From assembly GCA_015228925.1 (NCBI GenBank), contig JADGCQ010000001.1:50669-114668 (forward strand): a stretch of 64,000 nt of DNA. The letters are read 5' to 3'. The position numbers and the translations under genes were made by a program. Every line of letters starts with the position of its first letter. Positions within the stretch are counted from its first letter, which is position 1. The notes beneath the pieces were generated by a model. The model saw nothing but the letters and a program-made list of their open reading frames with translations. It had not been told where the DNA came from and made no database searches. Shown piece by piece: positions 9,801 through 17,313 of the stretch. The stretch comes from Magnetococcales bacterium. Lineage in GTDB: Bacteria > Pseudomonadota > Magnetococcia > Magnetococcales > UBA8363.

Positions 9801-12800
9801 CTTTCGATGCGTTGGCAATAGCATAACTGAGTGTCCCCGCTGCTGCTGCTGTCGCGGCAAAAGCCTGTACAGTTGGAGAATTCAGCACCCCTACAACCGA
9901 TTGCATAGCCTTTGCCAGTCCTTGCGCCGCGCTGGCAACCAGAGGCAGGAACTTATCTCCAAGGGCGATAGCCGCTTCAGAAAAGGCGTTTTTAGCAAAA
10001 TTCAGTTGCGACTGGGTTGATTTCAGTCGGATTTCAAACTCTTTTTGCGTAGAGTTAAAGAAATTTGTATCATTTTCAACAAGTTTCAAATGTTGCCGAT
10101 AAGTGTCAAGACCAGCGACAAGACTTCCAACCTCATCCTGCCATTGCCGACCGAAAATGTTCTCCAGCGTGATCACCCTGGTCTTGGAATCAAGTTTCTC
10201 TACAGTTTCCAGAAATTCAAGCAAAGCTGCTTGCGGTTTATCTGAAATTTTTTCGGCCATACTTTCAGCCGAAAGCCCAATCCGCAGCATGGCGTTTTTG
10301 AAGGCCGGTTCGCGTTGCGATCCGGTGACGAGCGTTGTCAGCATGGCATTGATGGCTGACCCGGCAACTTCCATCGGGCGTCCAATGGCCAGAAACGTCG
10401 CAGCCAGGGCAGCCACTTCTTTGTTCAGTAGGCCAAAGTTTTTTGATATGGCCCCTGCACGCATGATGACGTTTAGCATTTCCCGTTCGGAAGCGACTGA
10501 ACTGTTACCAATATGGTTGATTGCATCAGCGAAATTGTCCATTTCGGCAATCGAAAGTCGGAAGATATTCTTGATTTTCCCGTAAGCGTTTGCAGCGTCA
10601 TCGGCACTCATGTTGAATGCAACTGAGATTTGAGCCACCGATTGCGTAAACCCACGAATATCTTTCGCAGCGATCCCCATCTGACCACCAGCTTCCGCAA
10701 TCTTCGTCAAGTCGTTTATTGCGATGGGAATCACACGCGACATCCCCTTAATGTCTTCGGTCAACATTTTGAATTCTTGCGGAGTTTCAAAATCGACAAC
10801 CTTCCTGACATTGGACATTGCAGTTTCAAAATCAATTGCGGCATTTACAGCGAGCGTAAGCCCGGCAGCAGTGGCGACCACCTGAGCGATTGCCAATTTT
10901 ATTTGATTCAGTTTTTCAAGCCAGCCACCAGTGCTATTTTGAATCTCCAGGATTTTTAACTTCATCCCGGCCCACGCCCTTGTCTGCTCGGCCAGCGACA
11001 TTTTTCCTTCCGCTTTCAGCCGAGCATAAGCGTCACGGACATCTTTGATCGAATTGGCAACGTCAACAGAAGACCGGACGCCAAGCGTGCGCCAGTCCTG
11101 GAATGATTGCGTTCCTTCCGTGAGCGTGCGACGGAGAGCGGCTATCCTGGTATTGAGCGCAACCTGCGCTTGGGCTAAATCCTCGGTCGATAATTTCCCG
11201 GACGTTTTAAGCGTATGGAAAGAAGCCTCCAGAGCCGCAATCTCTTTATTTATTTGTCTGACAGATTGGACGCCAAGAGTTTCCAGGTTTTTATAGACGC
11301 CCGGACCATGCTGCACCTCGGCCCATAATTCAGCAGTCTTCGTTTTTAGTTCAATTTTAGCCCTGGCAAGATCCGACGCCGTTGCAGTCCCGGATGCTTT
11401 TATAGTTTTGTAGGACTCAATGAGCCGATCAATCTCTTGCCTGACTGATGCTGCGGATTTAACCCCCAAATCCTGGAACGCCCGGAACACCGGGTTCTGT
11501 TCCTCCACGGATTTCTTTAGGGCATCGATCTTGTCTTTCGTGGCTACCATGACCCTGGCAAGATCATCAGCAGGTAATGCCGATTTCCCAGGAGAGCGCA
11601 ATCTGGCCAATGCGGCATTTAAATTGCCAATCTCTGTTTGAATATCTTTCATGGACTTGATGCCGACAAGCCCCATGTCCTTGTAAAACTGCGTCCCCTG
11701 CCGCACCGTGTTCAATAACGCTGCGTTTTTTTCCTGTAAAGCGATGCCAGCCCTCTCAAGATCCTGGGCAGTCGTGGTAGCAGAACCTTTCAGCCGGTCA
11801 TAAGCCGCCCGGACTTCCTTGATCGAGTTAGCGACATCGGCAGAAGACTGGACGCCAATCGTGCGCCAATCCTGAAATGATTGCGTTCCTTCCGTGAGCG
11901 TGCGCTTGGCTTCAGCTATCCGGGAGTTGAGCGCAACCTGCGCCCTTGCCAAGTCATCGGTCGATGCCTTGCCAGACGTGGCGAGCGTCCGATAAGCCGC
12001 CTCCAGTGTCGCTATTTCTTTGTTGATTTGTTGGGTGGATTGGACACCGAGCGCACCAAAACTTTTATAAACGCCCGAACCACGCTGGACCTCAGCCAAC
12101 AATTCAGCCGTTTTCGCTTTCAGTTCCAGTTCAGCCCTGGCAAGATCCGTTGCCGTTGCAGTCCCGGAAGTCTTGATGGTTTTGTAGGCATCGGTGAGCC
12201 TGTTTACCTCCTGCCTGATAGACGCCAGGGATCTCATCCCCAAATCCTGGAACGCCCGGAACACTGGGTTCTGTTCCTCCACGGATTTTTTGAGAGCGTC
12301 GATCTTATTTTTCGTGGCAACCATGGCCCGGTCTAAATCCCCGGTCGGCAAGGCCCCTCGTCCAGGCGTGCGCAATCGCGCCAATGCGGCATTTAGTTCA
12401 TTGATTTCCCTCTGAATGTCTTTCGTTGACCTGATGCCGACAAGCCCCATGTCCTTGTAAAACTGCGTCCCCTGCCGCACCGTGTTCCACAGCGCAACTG
12501 TTTTTTCCCGCAACGCAATGCTCGCCCTCTCAAGATCCTGAGCGGTTGCCGTTGGAGATCCTTTCAGCCGATCATAAGCGTCCCTCAACCTGTCAATTTC
12601 GTTTTTTACCGCCTGATTGGATTTGATTCCGAGCATCTGAAAATCTTGGAATGATCTCGTCGCTTTTTCGGCAGCAATTTGAATCTGCAAGATCCTCGTT
12701 GTCGCCTGTTCAAATGCCCTGGAAAGAGAAGCTGCACTCATCTTCCCTTCATCGGCTAAACGCTTATACGCAGCCTCAACAGCCGCAATCTGGCGGTTTG

Positions 12801-13338
12801 ATGTGTCAGGAGTATAGCCGATTGTGGTCTGAGCATTCTGACGGCGCATTAATTGTGTGGCTTTTGCTTTATACTCAGCATTCACCCGTTGGAGTTCGGC
12901 CTTCAAATTGCGTTCGTCTTCGGCAAGTCTTTTCGCCGCAACGCTTGTTTGTTCCATGGATAAACGATGTTCGCTTAAAGCTTTCTTGTTCTCATCCAAA
13001 GCATTACTGGCAGCTTCCGCAGCCTTTTGGAGTCTCCCTAAATCCTTGTCAAAATTATTTTGCGCTTTTTTTTGCAAGGGACCAACAAAAGAATTTTCGA
13101 GTTTCGCAACCTCCTCCAGAGCTTTTTTTAAAGCGTCCTGCGCTTCTTTCACGCCCTGCTTGAGATTGCGAAACTCTACGATTTTTTCCATGGCCTTCTG
13201 GATCTTGTCAGTTTCAGCACGCGCCGATTCTGACAACCCACGCAAACCGGAAACGACTTCTTTCCTGGCACTGCCCATCCCTTGAACGATGGATGCAGTG
13301 TTCATAAAAAGCGTGAATTCTAATGATCCAAGAGCCAT
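6799..13338 (-). CDS. Tail tape measure protein (2179 aa)
   Basis: Giant Ala/Lys/Glu/Leu-rich coiled-coil ORF directly after the G/GT chaperone pair. It has hydrophobic segments mid-protein, long internal repeats, and a C-terminal Gly-rich region (KGGIVGFARGGFLPGWG...HGGAV). Confidence 0.9.
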   Translation of the reverse strand: MALGSLEFTLFMNTASIVQGMGSARKEVVSGLRGLSESARAETDKIQKAMEKIVEFRNLKQGVKEAQDALKKALEEVAKLENSFVGPLQKKAQNNFDKDLGRLQKAAEAASNALDENKKALSEHRLSMEQTSVAAKRLAEDERNLKAELQRVNAEYKAKATQLMRRQNAQTTIGYTPDTSNRQIAAVEAAYKRLADEGKMSAASLSRAFEQATTRILQIQIAAEKATRSFQDFQMLGIKSNQAVKNEIDRLRDAYDRLKGSPTATAQDLERASIALREKTVALWNTVRQGTQFYKDMGLVGIRSTKDIQREINELNAALARLRTPGRGALPTGDLDRAMVATKNKIDALKKSVEEQNPVFRAFQDLGMRSLASIRQEVNRLTDAYKTIKTSGTATATDLARAELELKAKTAELLAEVQRGSGVYKSFGALGVQSTQQINKEIATLEAAYRTLATSGKASTDDLARAQVALNSRIAEAKRTLTEGTQSFQDWRTIGVQSSADVANSIKEVRAAYDRLKGSATTTAQDLERAGIALQEKNAALLNTVRQGTQFYKDMGLVGIKSMKDIQTEIGNLNAALARLRSPGKSALPADDLARVMVATKDKIDALKKSVEEQNPVFRAFQDLGVKSAASVRQEIDRLIESYKTIKASGTATASDLARAKIELKTKTAELWAEVQHGPGVYKNLETLGVQSVRQINKEIAALEASFHTLKTSGKLSTEDLAQAQVALNTRIAALRRTLTEGTQSFQDWRTLGVRSSVDVANSIKDVRDAYARLKAEGKMSLAEQTRAWAGMKLKILEIQNSTGGWLEKLNQIKLAIAQVVATAAGLTLAVNAAIDFETAMSNVRKVVDFETPQEFKMLTEDIKGMSRVIPIAINDLTKIAEAGGQMGIAAKDIRGFTQSVAQISVAFNMSADDAANAYGKIKNIFRLSIAEMDNFADAINHIGNSSVASEREMLNVIMRAGAISKNFGLLNKEVAALAATFLAIGRPMEVAGSAINAMLTTLVTGSQREPAFKNAMLRIGLSAESMAEKISDKPQAALLEFLETVEKLDSKTRVITLENIFGRQWQDEVGSLVAGLDTYRQHLKLVENDTNFFNSTQKEFEIRLKSTQSQLNFAKNAFSEAAIALGDKFLPLVASAAQGLAKAMQSVVGVLNSPTVQAFAATAAAAGTLSYAIANASKVWLAFESALIAVRAASLTTGASLLALATNPYIAIPALIAAGVTAWVYANRSLLPSLKEESEALDKSREASEKHLAMVQKLADTFATASPGSKEYIAAQQELALIIPGANLLIDEQGRVLLNNRDAAKEATAALKEYLDLLKQGNVDQFALALANAGASIGEVSKKLKQNKKDLKDYIEQSKGTELSWRRIGSLVGFDSVKEKIKELNNENAELARISSESIKKLQGLAMGAAKSGIPMDSLLDSLEKITDLDTFTAVRNELVQFYRATEIADGKVGSLQQRIKNFSVAAEAQAGVVKKDMVDALGAAITQVGKFDEELNKHREKLKMYADEEVKLGQMVAKAADDKYATMSGQISAFHDKEMMAAERASEDVKHLAKEDNDFRIAEAERTVELVNSVENEIVSARQEESKRLREELGSRYGAFVQIAKKRLRLEKLTDSEINAISRYSEANLIKMRTTFLVQEQQAKLSLERSHLREMLKISDDEYRTKLANAKNLKLSEATINAERLANQKGYWEKLRDAAKASVDASISEQKRLMERNKQIHEEKKSSADAIGDMIQSIEEKTMDEMEIYASRQERIQKLKNKASEDLRRDDIKSAEEYNAKLIQLVNSTADEVKVGDHVFVGKNAAANRAKEQLIEAGKLQQEIKNRELAVNNSATQEAKGMGEKAVQTFQTAQQMIDSLAKQMIEIQQKQIAGNKTAITEISKSIDEINAKKDITLKVKAVFDDSVKRLDTLVADIASGNIARVNETINQVNGAFVALKENAKGWNSEVQAQLNLPSQKASIEGLTNMVTGFFDNLKTYTDDPVNLVIEGKESEDLLQRIIDRLSQIKDKTVTIDIIEKRMKKTVEQKAKGGIVGFARGGFLPGWGQKDDVEALLQRGEFVFRKEVVKHYGLPLMNAMNNMKAPVQRFAHGGAVQPQPRIHSFEIPRIIDRIRIPTLPRAAYATGGAVQPKVEGVMRLELVTPGETGKPPSLGGSRGEVKKFMRALNNLNKGLVGG
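10970..12700 (-). repeat. In-frame macro-repeats inside the tape measure gene (period 774 bp = 258 codons, each made of ~65-aa sub-repeats)
   Basis: gattgcgttccttccgtgagcgtgcg occurs at 11105 and 11879. A diverged copy lies near 12651. The protein repeats ...GTQSFQDWRT(I/L)GV..., ...QGTQFYKDMGLVGI..., ...QNPVFRAFQDLG... Confidence 0.75.
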
Positions 13339-13339
13339 T

Positions 13340-13896
13340 TTACTTTCCCTTTGTTTTCTTTAACGAGTCAGTCAACTCATCAACTGCGATCAGAAATACG
13401 TCGTATGGTAATTCCCAAACATTCTGACCAGTAAGCCTTGCCACGGTACAAGCTGCATAAACAAAATTCTCTACGGATGTTCTACGCTTGCCCCCGGAAC
13501 TGCTGACAAATCCTTTTCGGATTCCGCTATTTTTGCCAGCATTTTTTCTGCTTCGCCGAGAGTCGCCATCGTCTCCTGCTGCATCTTTATTTGCAGTAGA
13601 CCCACGGCTCGCTCCCGTAGAGAAAAAAAACCTGGATTGACTTCCTTGCACGTTTCGACGAGCAATCCGAGTTCGGAAGGCACAAAGTTGTCAATCTCTT
13701 CTTGAGAGAGATTTGTCATAAACCCAAGATCGGTAAGGGAAATGTCAGCAAACAAACCATGTGTGACGGTATCCCATTTACCATCATTGGCTTTCTCAAA
13801 CCAGACAAGCCACCGCCTCATGTCGGCCACGGTAGTTTCATGGATCGTAACTTCACGGGGTGGTTCGCCAATAGTGACCGTTTTAGTGATTCTCAT
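13340..13896 (-). CDS. Tail assembly chaperone G-T fusion made by -1 programmed frameshift
   Basis: ORF 13471..13896 reads ...NPGFFSL through GGT TTT TTT TCT. Slipping -1 on T TTT TTT continues as FSTGASRGSTANKD..., which is exactly the frame of ORF 13340..13651. That frame ends 1 nt before the tape measure ATG. Confidence 0.7.
13471..13896 (-). CDS. Tail assembly chaperone (gpG-like, 141 aa)
   Basis: Lies between the tail tube and the tape measure. An overlapping -1 frame ORF follows. Confidence 0.75.
   Translation of the reverse strand: MRITKTVTIGEPPREVTIHETTVADMRRWLVWFEKANDGKWDTVTHGLFADISLTDLGFMTNLSQEEIDNFVPSELGLLVETCKEVNPGFFSLRERAVGLLQIKMQQETMATLGEAEKMLAKIAESEKDLSAVPGASVEHP
13624..13630 (-). 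promoter_or_regulatory. Slippery heptamer T TTT TTT (coding strand) for the G/GT -1 frameshift
   Basis: Plus-strand run of 8 A at 13623-13630. The phase is X XXY YYZ relative to the gpG-like frame (codon 89 GGT starts at 13632). Confidence 0.65.
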
Positions 13897-13903
13897 GGAT
13901 GAT

Positions 13904-14800
13904 TTACTCCACCATCTTCATTTCAAAAAACTGACTATCGCCGGTAGTGGTTTTGGTCGGATCTTTGAGAACGGAAGCCGTGAGCGTCAGGCCAGCAAAG
14001 TCATCTCCAAGCATGGATAAATCCTTGGTCGGGGAGAACTTGGCCCGGAACAGATCCATAGTGACGGGAGAGCCTTCATTGGCAAAGTTGGTCCCGTCAA
14101 AAAAGATGCGGTATTCAAAACCGGCGTTGACCAAGGCTTGCAGATTGATGCCAGCAGTCTTGGTGTAGTTGATCTTGATCGGAGTGGCGGTGGCTGCGAA
14201 CTTTGTGGACGTTTCAGGGATGTAGATACCAGCCGACTTGATGGTGAATTCACTGGCAGCAACCGCAATAAGCCCAGCATCTTTCCAGGTGACAGTGCCA
14301 TCAACAACGGTGGTCCCATCAGTTGGCCAAACAGGTGCCAGCGCACCAGTTGTCCCTGCGACCGTGGCACGATAAAAATGGGTTCCATCAAAAACCACAT
14401 CACCCTTGGCCTTCACCGCCAAAGCACCCCATGCAGGAGCATCCACAGTGACGGTAACGGCTGTCGGACCAACGCCAGCAAGCGGGATATACCCATTCAA
14501 ATAGGCAGAATGGGACTCATTGACCACAGCACCGGAAGCAAGGTCAGCCGTAGTCCCGCGCAAGGCTAGGGCAAGGTTTTCCTTGGAAAAAGACTTGAAA
14601 TTCAGCGAAGCTTCGACTTTGGAAATCATCGAAATGCTGTCAGCGATGCCACCGCCGCCCTGGTAGTTTTTCAGTTCTTTTTCTTCGGTGGATACATCAA
14701 CTTTGAATTCACTGACTTGACCGACCTCGCGGAGTTGTCCCCCAGATGCAAGACCCAAGTAAATAGTACCCTCTCCAACAAAACTTTGTTGAGTCGCCAT
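13904..14800 (-). CDS. Major tail tube protein (298 aa)
   Basis: Directly upstream of the chaperone pair. Beta-rich, with no coiled coil. No sheath gene was recognised, which argues for a non-contractile tail. Confidence 0.7.
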   Translation of the reverse strand: MATQQSFVGEGTIYLGLASGGQLREVGQVSEFKVDVSTEEKELKNYQGGGGIADSISMISKVEASLNFKSFSKENLALALRGTTADLASGAVVNESHSAYLNGYIPLAGVGPTAVTVTVDAPAWGALAVKAKGDVVFDGTHFYRATVAGTTGALAPVWPTDGTTVVDGTVTWKDAGLIAVAASEFTIKSAGIYIPETSTKFAATATPIKINYTKTAGINLQALVNAGFEYRIFFDGTNFANEGSPVTMDLFRAKFSPTKDLSMLGDDFAGLTLTASVLKDPTKTTTGDSQFFEMKMVE

Positions 14801-14813
14801 GTGATTTTACCTC

Positions 14814-15218
14814 TTAAAAATTAAAGACGAATGATGTTGAGAATGCCAACGCAAAATAGTGAACATGGTTTTCCGATGATTGCGGTGGTATTCCAGATTG
14901 GACTCTTTTAAACTCGGTGAAGGCTTTATTATCTGGCCTCCAACCATTCAAAGCCTGGATAACTCTACTGATTAATAATCCGGCATCGTTTTTAGGATCG
15001 GTTGTGGCAATAATACAGGTCCATATTTGAACCTGTAGCTGTTGACCACGTTGTAATGTCCCTGGAACGTCCTGCTCCAAGATTAAAAACACTGCTGGAG
15101 CCATATCCGACGATTCCTGAATCTTTTGCATTCCCCACATTGATTTAACCTTCACATCAGGAAGCATTTCCTCAAGGCGAGAGATAATGAGTGGTTCTGC
15201 TGCGAGATAATCGGGCAT
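14814..15218 (-). CDS. Putative tail terminator / tail completion protein (DUF1834 / Mu gp37-like by eye)
   Basis: 134-aa ORF immediately upstream of the tail tube gene. The family call rests on position and general sequence pattern only. Confidence 0.4.
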   Translation of the reverse strand: MPDYLAAEPLIISRLEEMLPDVKVKSMWGMQKIQESSDMAPAVFLILEQDVPGTLQRGQQLQVQIWTCIIATTDPKNDAGLLISRVIQALNGWRPDNKAFTEFKRVQSGIPPQSSENHVHYFALAFSTSFVFNF

Positions 15219-15228
15219 GGTATTCCCT

Positions 15229-15263
15229 CTAAAAACAAAAAAGATCGGCCAATGACCGATCTT
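15229..15263 (-). terminator. Rho-independent terminator inside the late gene cluster
   Basis: On the minus strand, an 8-bp stem AAGATCGG/CCGATCTT (15241-48 / 15256-63) is followed by TTTTTTGTTTTT. It lies in the 88-bp gap between 15307 and 15218. Confidence 0.6.
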
Positions 15264-15306
15264 TTGAATGTTATTTTATAGTTTGATTAAGCGATTGTCG
15301 TGGAGG

Positions 15307-15600
15307 CTAACTGATCGCTGCGGAGATTCTCTCTGCTGTCGCTTGAGAAATGACGCCTTTTGCCAGCAAAACAGGCAATGCGTAACTGCTAAGAATATGC
15401 GAGCCAAGGGAAACCGAATCATATTGTGAAAATATGAAAGCTAACGCCTTTTGATCATCATCAACAGTTTCATCAATCTCATACAAACCCTTATGACAAA
15501 ATAACGCAAAAGATTTTGCGTCAGCTTCAAAAAGTTCCCAAACCATCTTTTTCGTGAATTGAGGCATAGCGCAATCCTGTTTAGTTGATCTTGTCATCAC
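15307..15600 (-). CDS. Hypothetical protein (97 aa)
   Basis: ORF in the same-strand cluster, followed by a terminator. Confidence 0.4.
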   Translation of the reverse strand: MMTRSTKQDCAMPQFTKKMVWELFEADAKSFALFCHKGLYEIDETVDDDQKALAFIFSQYDSVSLGSHILSSYALPVLLAKGVISQATAERISAAIS

Positions 15601-15606
15601 AAGGTT

Positions 15607-16257
15607 TTACGGATATTTCTTGAAACCAAAAACCCGTACTTCAAACGCTCCCAATGCAGAAATCTGGCTCAAGTTGTCCCTAATACGGACAACAAGTCTA
15701 TCCTTGGTGCCTCGCCCGATACGCAGCCCCTCTGGGGGGAGAATCCGGCCAATGTCAAGAAATGCAAAAACGGCATCGGTGGTTCCCGTCATGTTTGAAA
15801 TGATGTTCAGTTCTGCCCCTGATCCAAAGGCATTCATAGCAGCAGTCTGCGAAATTAACTGGCCACTTGTCCGGGCTTGTTTCACCATATACGTGGTATC
15901 ACCTGACTCCTCGGCAAACATATCAAAGCCCAACGTCAACCCGGTTACATTGCCAAACCGATTCATCGATATTGCCGAATCGTTGATATAAAACGACACA
16001 GACATGATGTGGATGTCATAATCTGGGTTAGCTGCAATATAGGCATCCACGTTGCTTGTCAGTCCGTTGACTCGCAAATTGGTGGTCCCGGCATCCAGAC
16101 CCGCTGTTCCCAGAAGACCATTCAAAAGACGCCGTTTATTTTTGGTGCCAACCAAGGGAGGTGGAGGTGATTCCGAACAAACGAACACCGCGCCGTCGTC
16201 GTTGATTTTGGCCCCGACTCCGGTTTCTGGATCCCGCAGGTACGTCGTGATGGACAT
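15607..16257 (-). CDS. Hypothetical beta-rich virion-associated protein (216 aa)
   Basis: Tightly packed with 16260..16805. Gly/Thr/Ser/Asn-rich. Confidence 0.4.
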   Translation of the reverse strand: MSITTYLRDPETGVGAKINDDGAVFVCSESPPPPLVGTKNKRRLLNGLLGTAGLDAGTTNLRVNGLTSNVDAYIAANPDYDIHIMSVSFYINDSAISMNRFGNVTGLTLGFDMFAEESGDTTYMVKQARTSGQLISQTAAMNAFGSGAELNIISNMTGTTDAVFAFLDIGRILPPEGLRIGRGTKDRLVVRIRDNLSQISALGAFEVRVFGFKKYP

Positions 16258-16259
16258 GG

Positions 16260-16805
16260 TTAATGATCCGCCGTGTCGTGGGTGAACAAGATGACCGAGG
16301 CGTGTACGGTCGCGGCACCTTCCGCCACGAGATACAACGATGTCGATGCCGTGCTGATCAGCATCCCTTCCAGGTCGATCACCAAATCCTTGCTGGCGTT
16401 GGACATGCCCGACAGTACCAGTATCCCTCCCGTCACCGTGGCTGTGTTATCCCCGACGTGAACATGACTATCGAACACCGTGCCACTGCCCGCATTCATG
16501 TTGACGGAGGTTCCGGTCGCGGTGAAGGTATCGGAGGTGGCTTTGTTGAACACTTTCCATCGGACGGCTGCATCCGACTGGAGACGGATTTGATGAATGT
16601 GCGTTTCGCTGGGGTGGGTATGGATTTTCAAAACACCCTTCTCGCCCCCAGAGGTTAAAGTAATGAACCCCGATTCAACGACATGGGCATTTCCCGATTC
16701 CGAAGCCTCGGCGGCCAACTTTCGCATCGAAGACAGGGTGTACAGATGCCCATTGTCGGACACACGGGCAGAGGTGCCTTTTCGGCCATCGTTAATTTGC
16801 ATCAT
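16260..16805 (-). CDS. Hypothetical beta-rich virion-associated protein (181 aa)
   Basis: 4-nt overlap with the upstream ORF (16802-16805). Thr/Ser/Gly/His-rich. Confidence 0.4.
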   Translation of the reverse strand: MMQINDGRKGTSARVSDNGHLYTLSSMRKLAAEASESGNAHVVESGFITLTSGGEKGVLKIHTHPSETHIHQIRLQSDAAVRWKVFNKATSDTFTATGTSVNMNAGSGTVFDSHVHVGDNTATVTGGILVLSGMSNASKDLVIDLEGMLISTASTSLYLVAEGAATVHASVILFTHDTADH

Positions 16806-17224
16806 TCATCTCCTTGTAAGTCAGTATCCAAATTTTCCCCGGTGATTATCGACAGGTATCCATTGACCTTTTTTTGTTGCATCAACAATTCGTGCAGCAA
16901 TTGAATCACCTGGTCATCACGCACCATGAGTTCTTGGTTTCTCTGGCCAGCCAGTTGCATTGGATACGTCCATCCGTCCGCACCCATGGCCAGCCCCAGA
17001 TTCAACAACATCATTTCCTCGGCAACCAACTGTACCCACGCCGATGCTTCGGTTCCTATTCGCTTCCAGGCCGCGCCATTGCTTTGGAAATACGCAGAAC
17101 CAACAGGAACCTCGGACGTATCAATCGTTCTTGGATCTTCATCGCCACCAAAGACACCGATCTTGTCTTGCAGAGACAGACCTTGAACCCGGTAGGCACT
17201 ATTGAATTTCAATCCCGTTCCCAC
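16802..17224 (-). CDS. Hypothetical protein (140 aa)
   Basis: Same-strand cluster downstream of the 612-aa fibre-like ORF. Confidence 0.4.
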   Translation of the reverse strand: MGTGLKFNSAYRVQGLSLQDKIGVFGGDEDPRTIDTSEVPVGSAYFQSNGAAWKRIGTEASAWVQLVAEEMMLLNLGLAMGADGWTYPMQLAGQRNQELMVRDDQVIQLLHELLMQQKKVNGYLSIITGENLDTDLQGDE

Positions 17225-17313
17225 AGTTCACCTATGAGTTTTTTAATTAAAAAATGAAGCAGGGAGGCATCGTTCTGCCCCCCTGCATACAACCTCATTC
17301 AACCATGAAAGCG

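Noticed and set aside
10970-12700. Tape measure macro-repeats as an assembly artefact
   Set aside because: The copies are clearly diverged at many positions, remain in frame, and keep the sub-repeat consensus. This argues for genuine ancient or recent duplications rather than a collapsed or expanded assembly.
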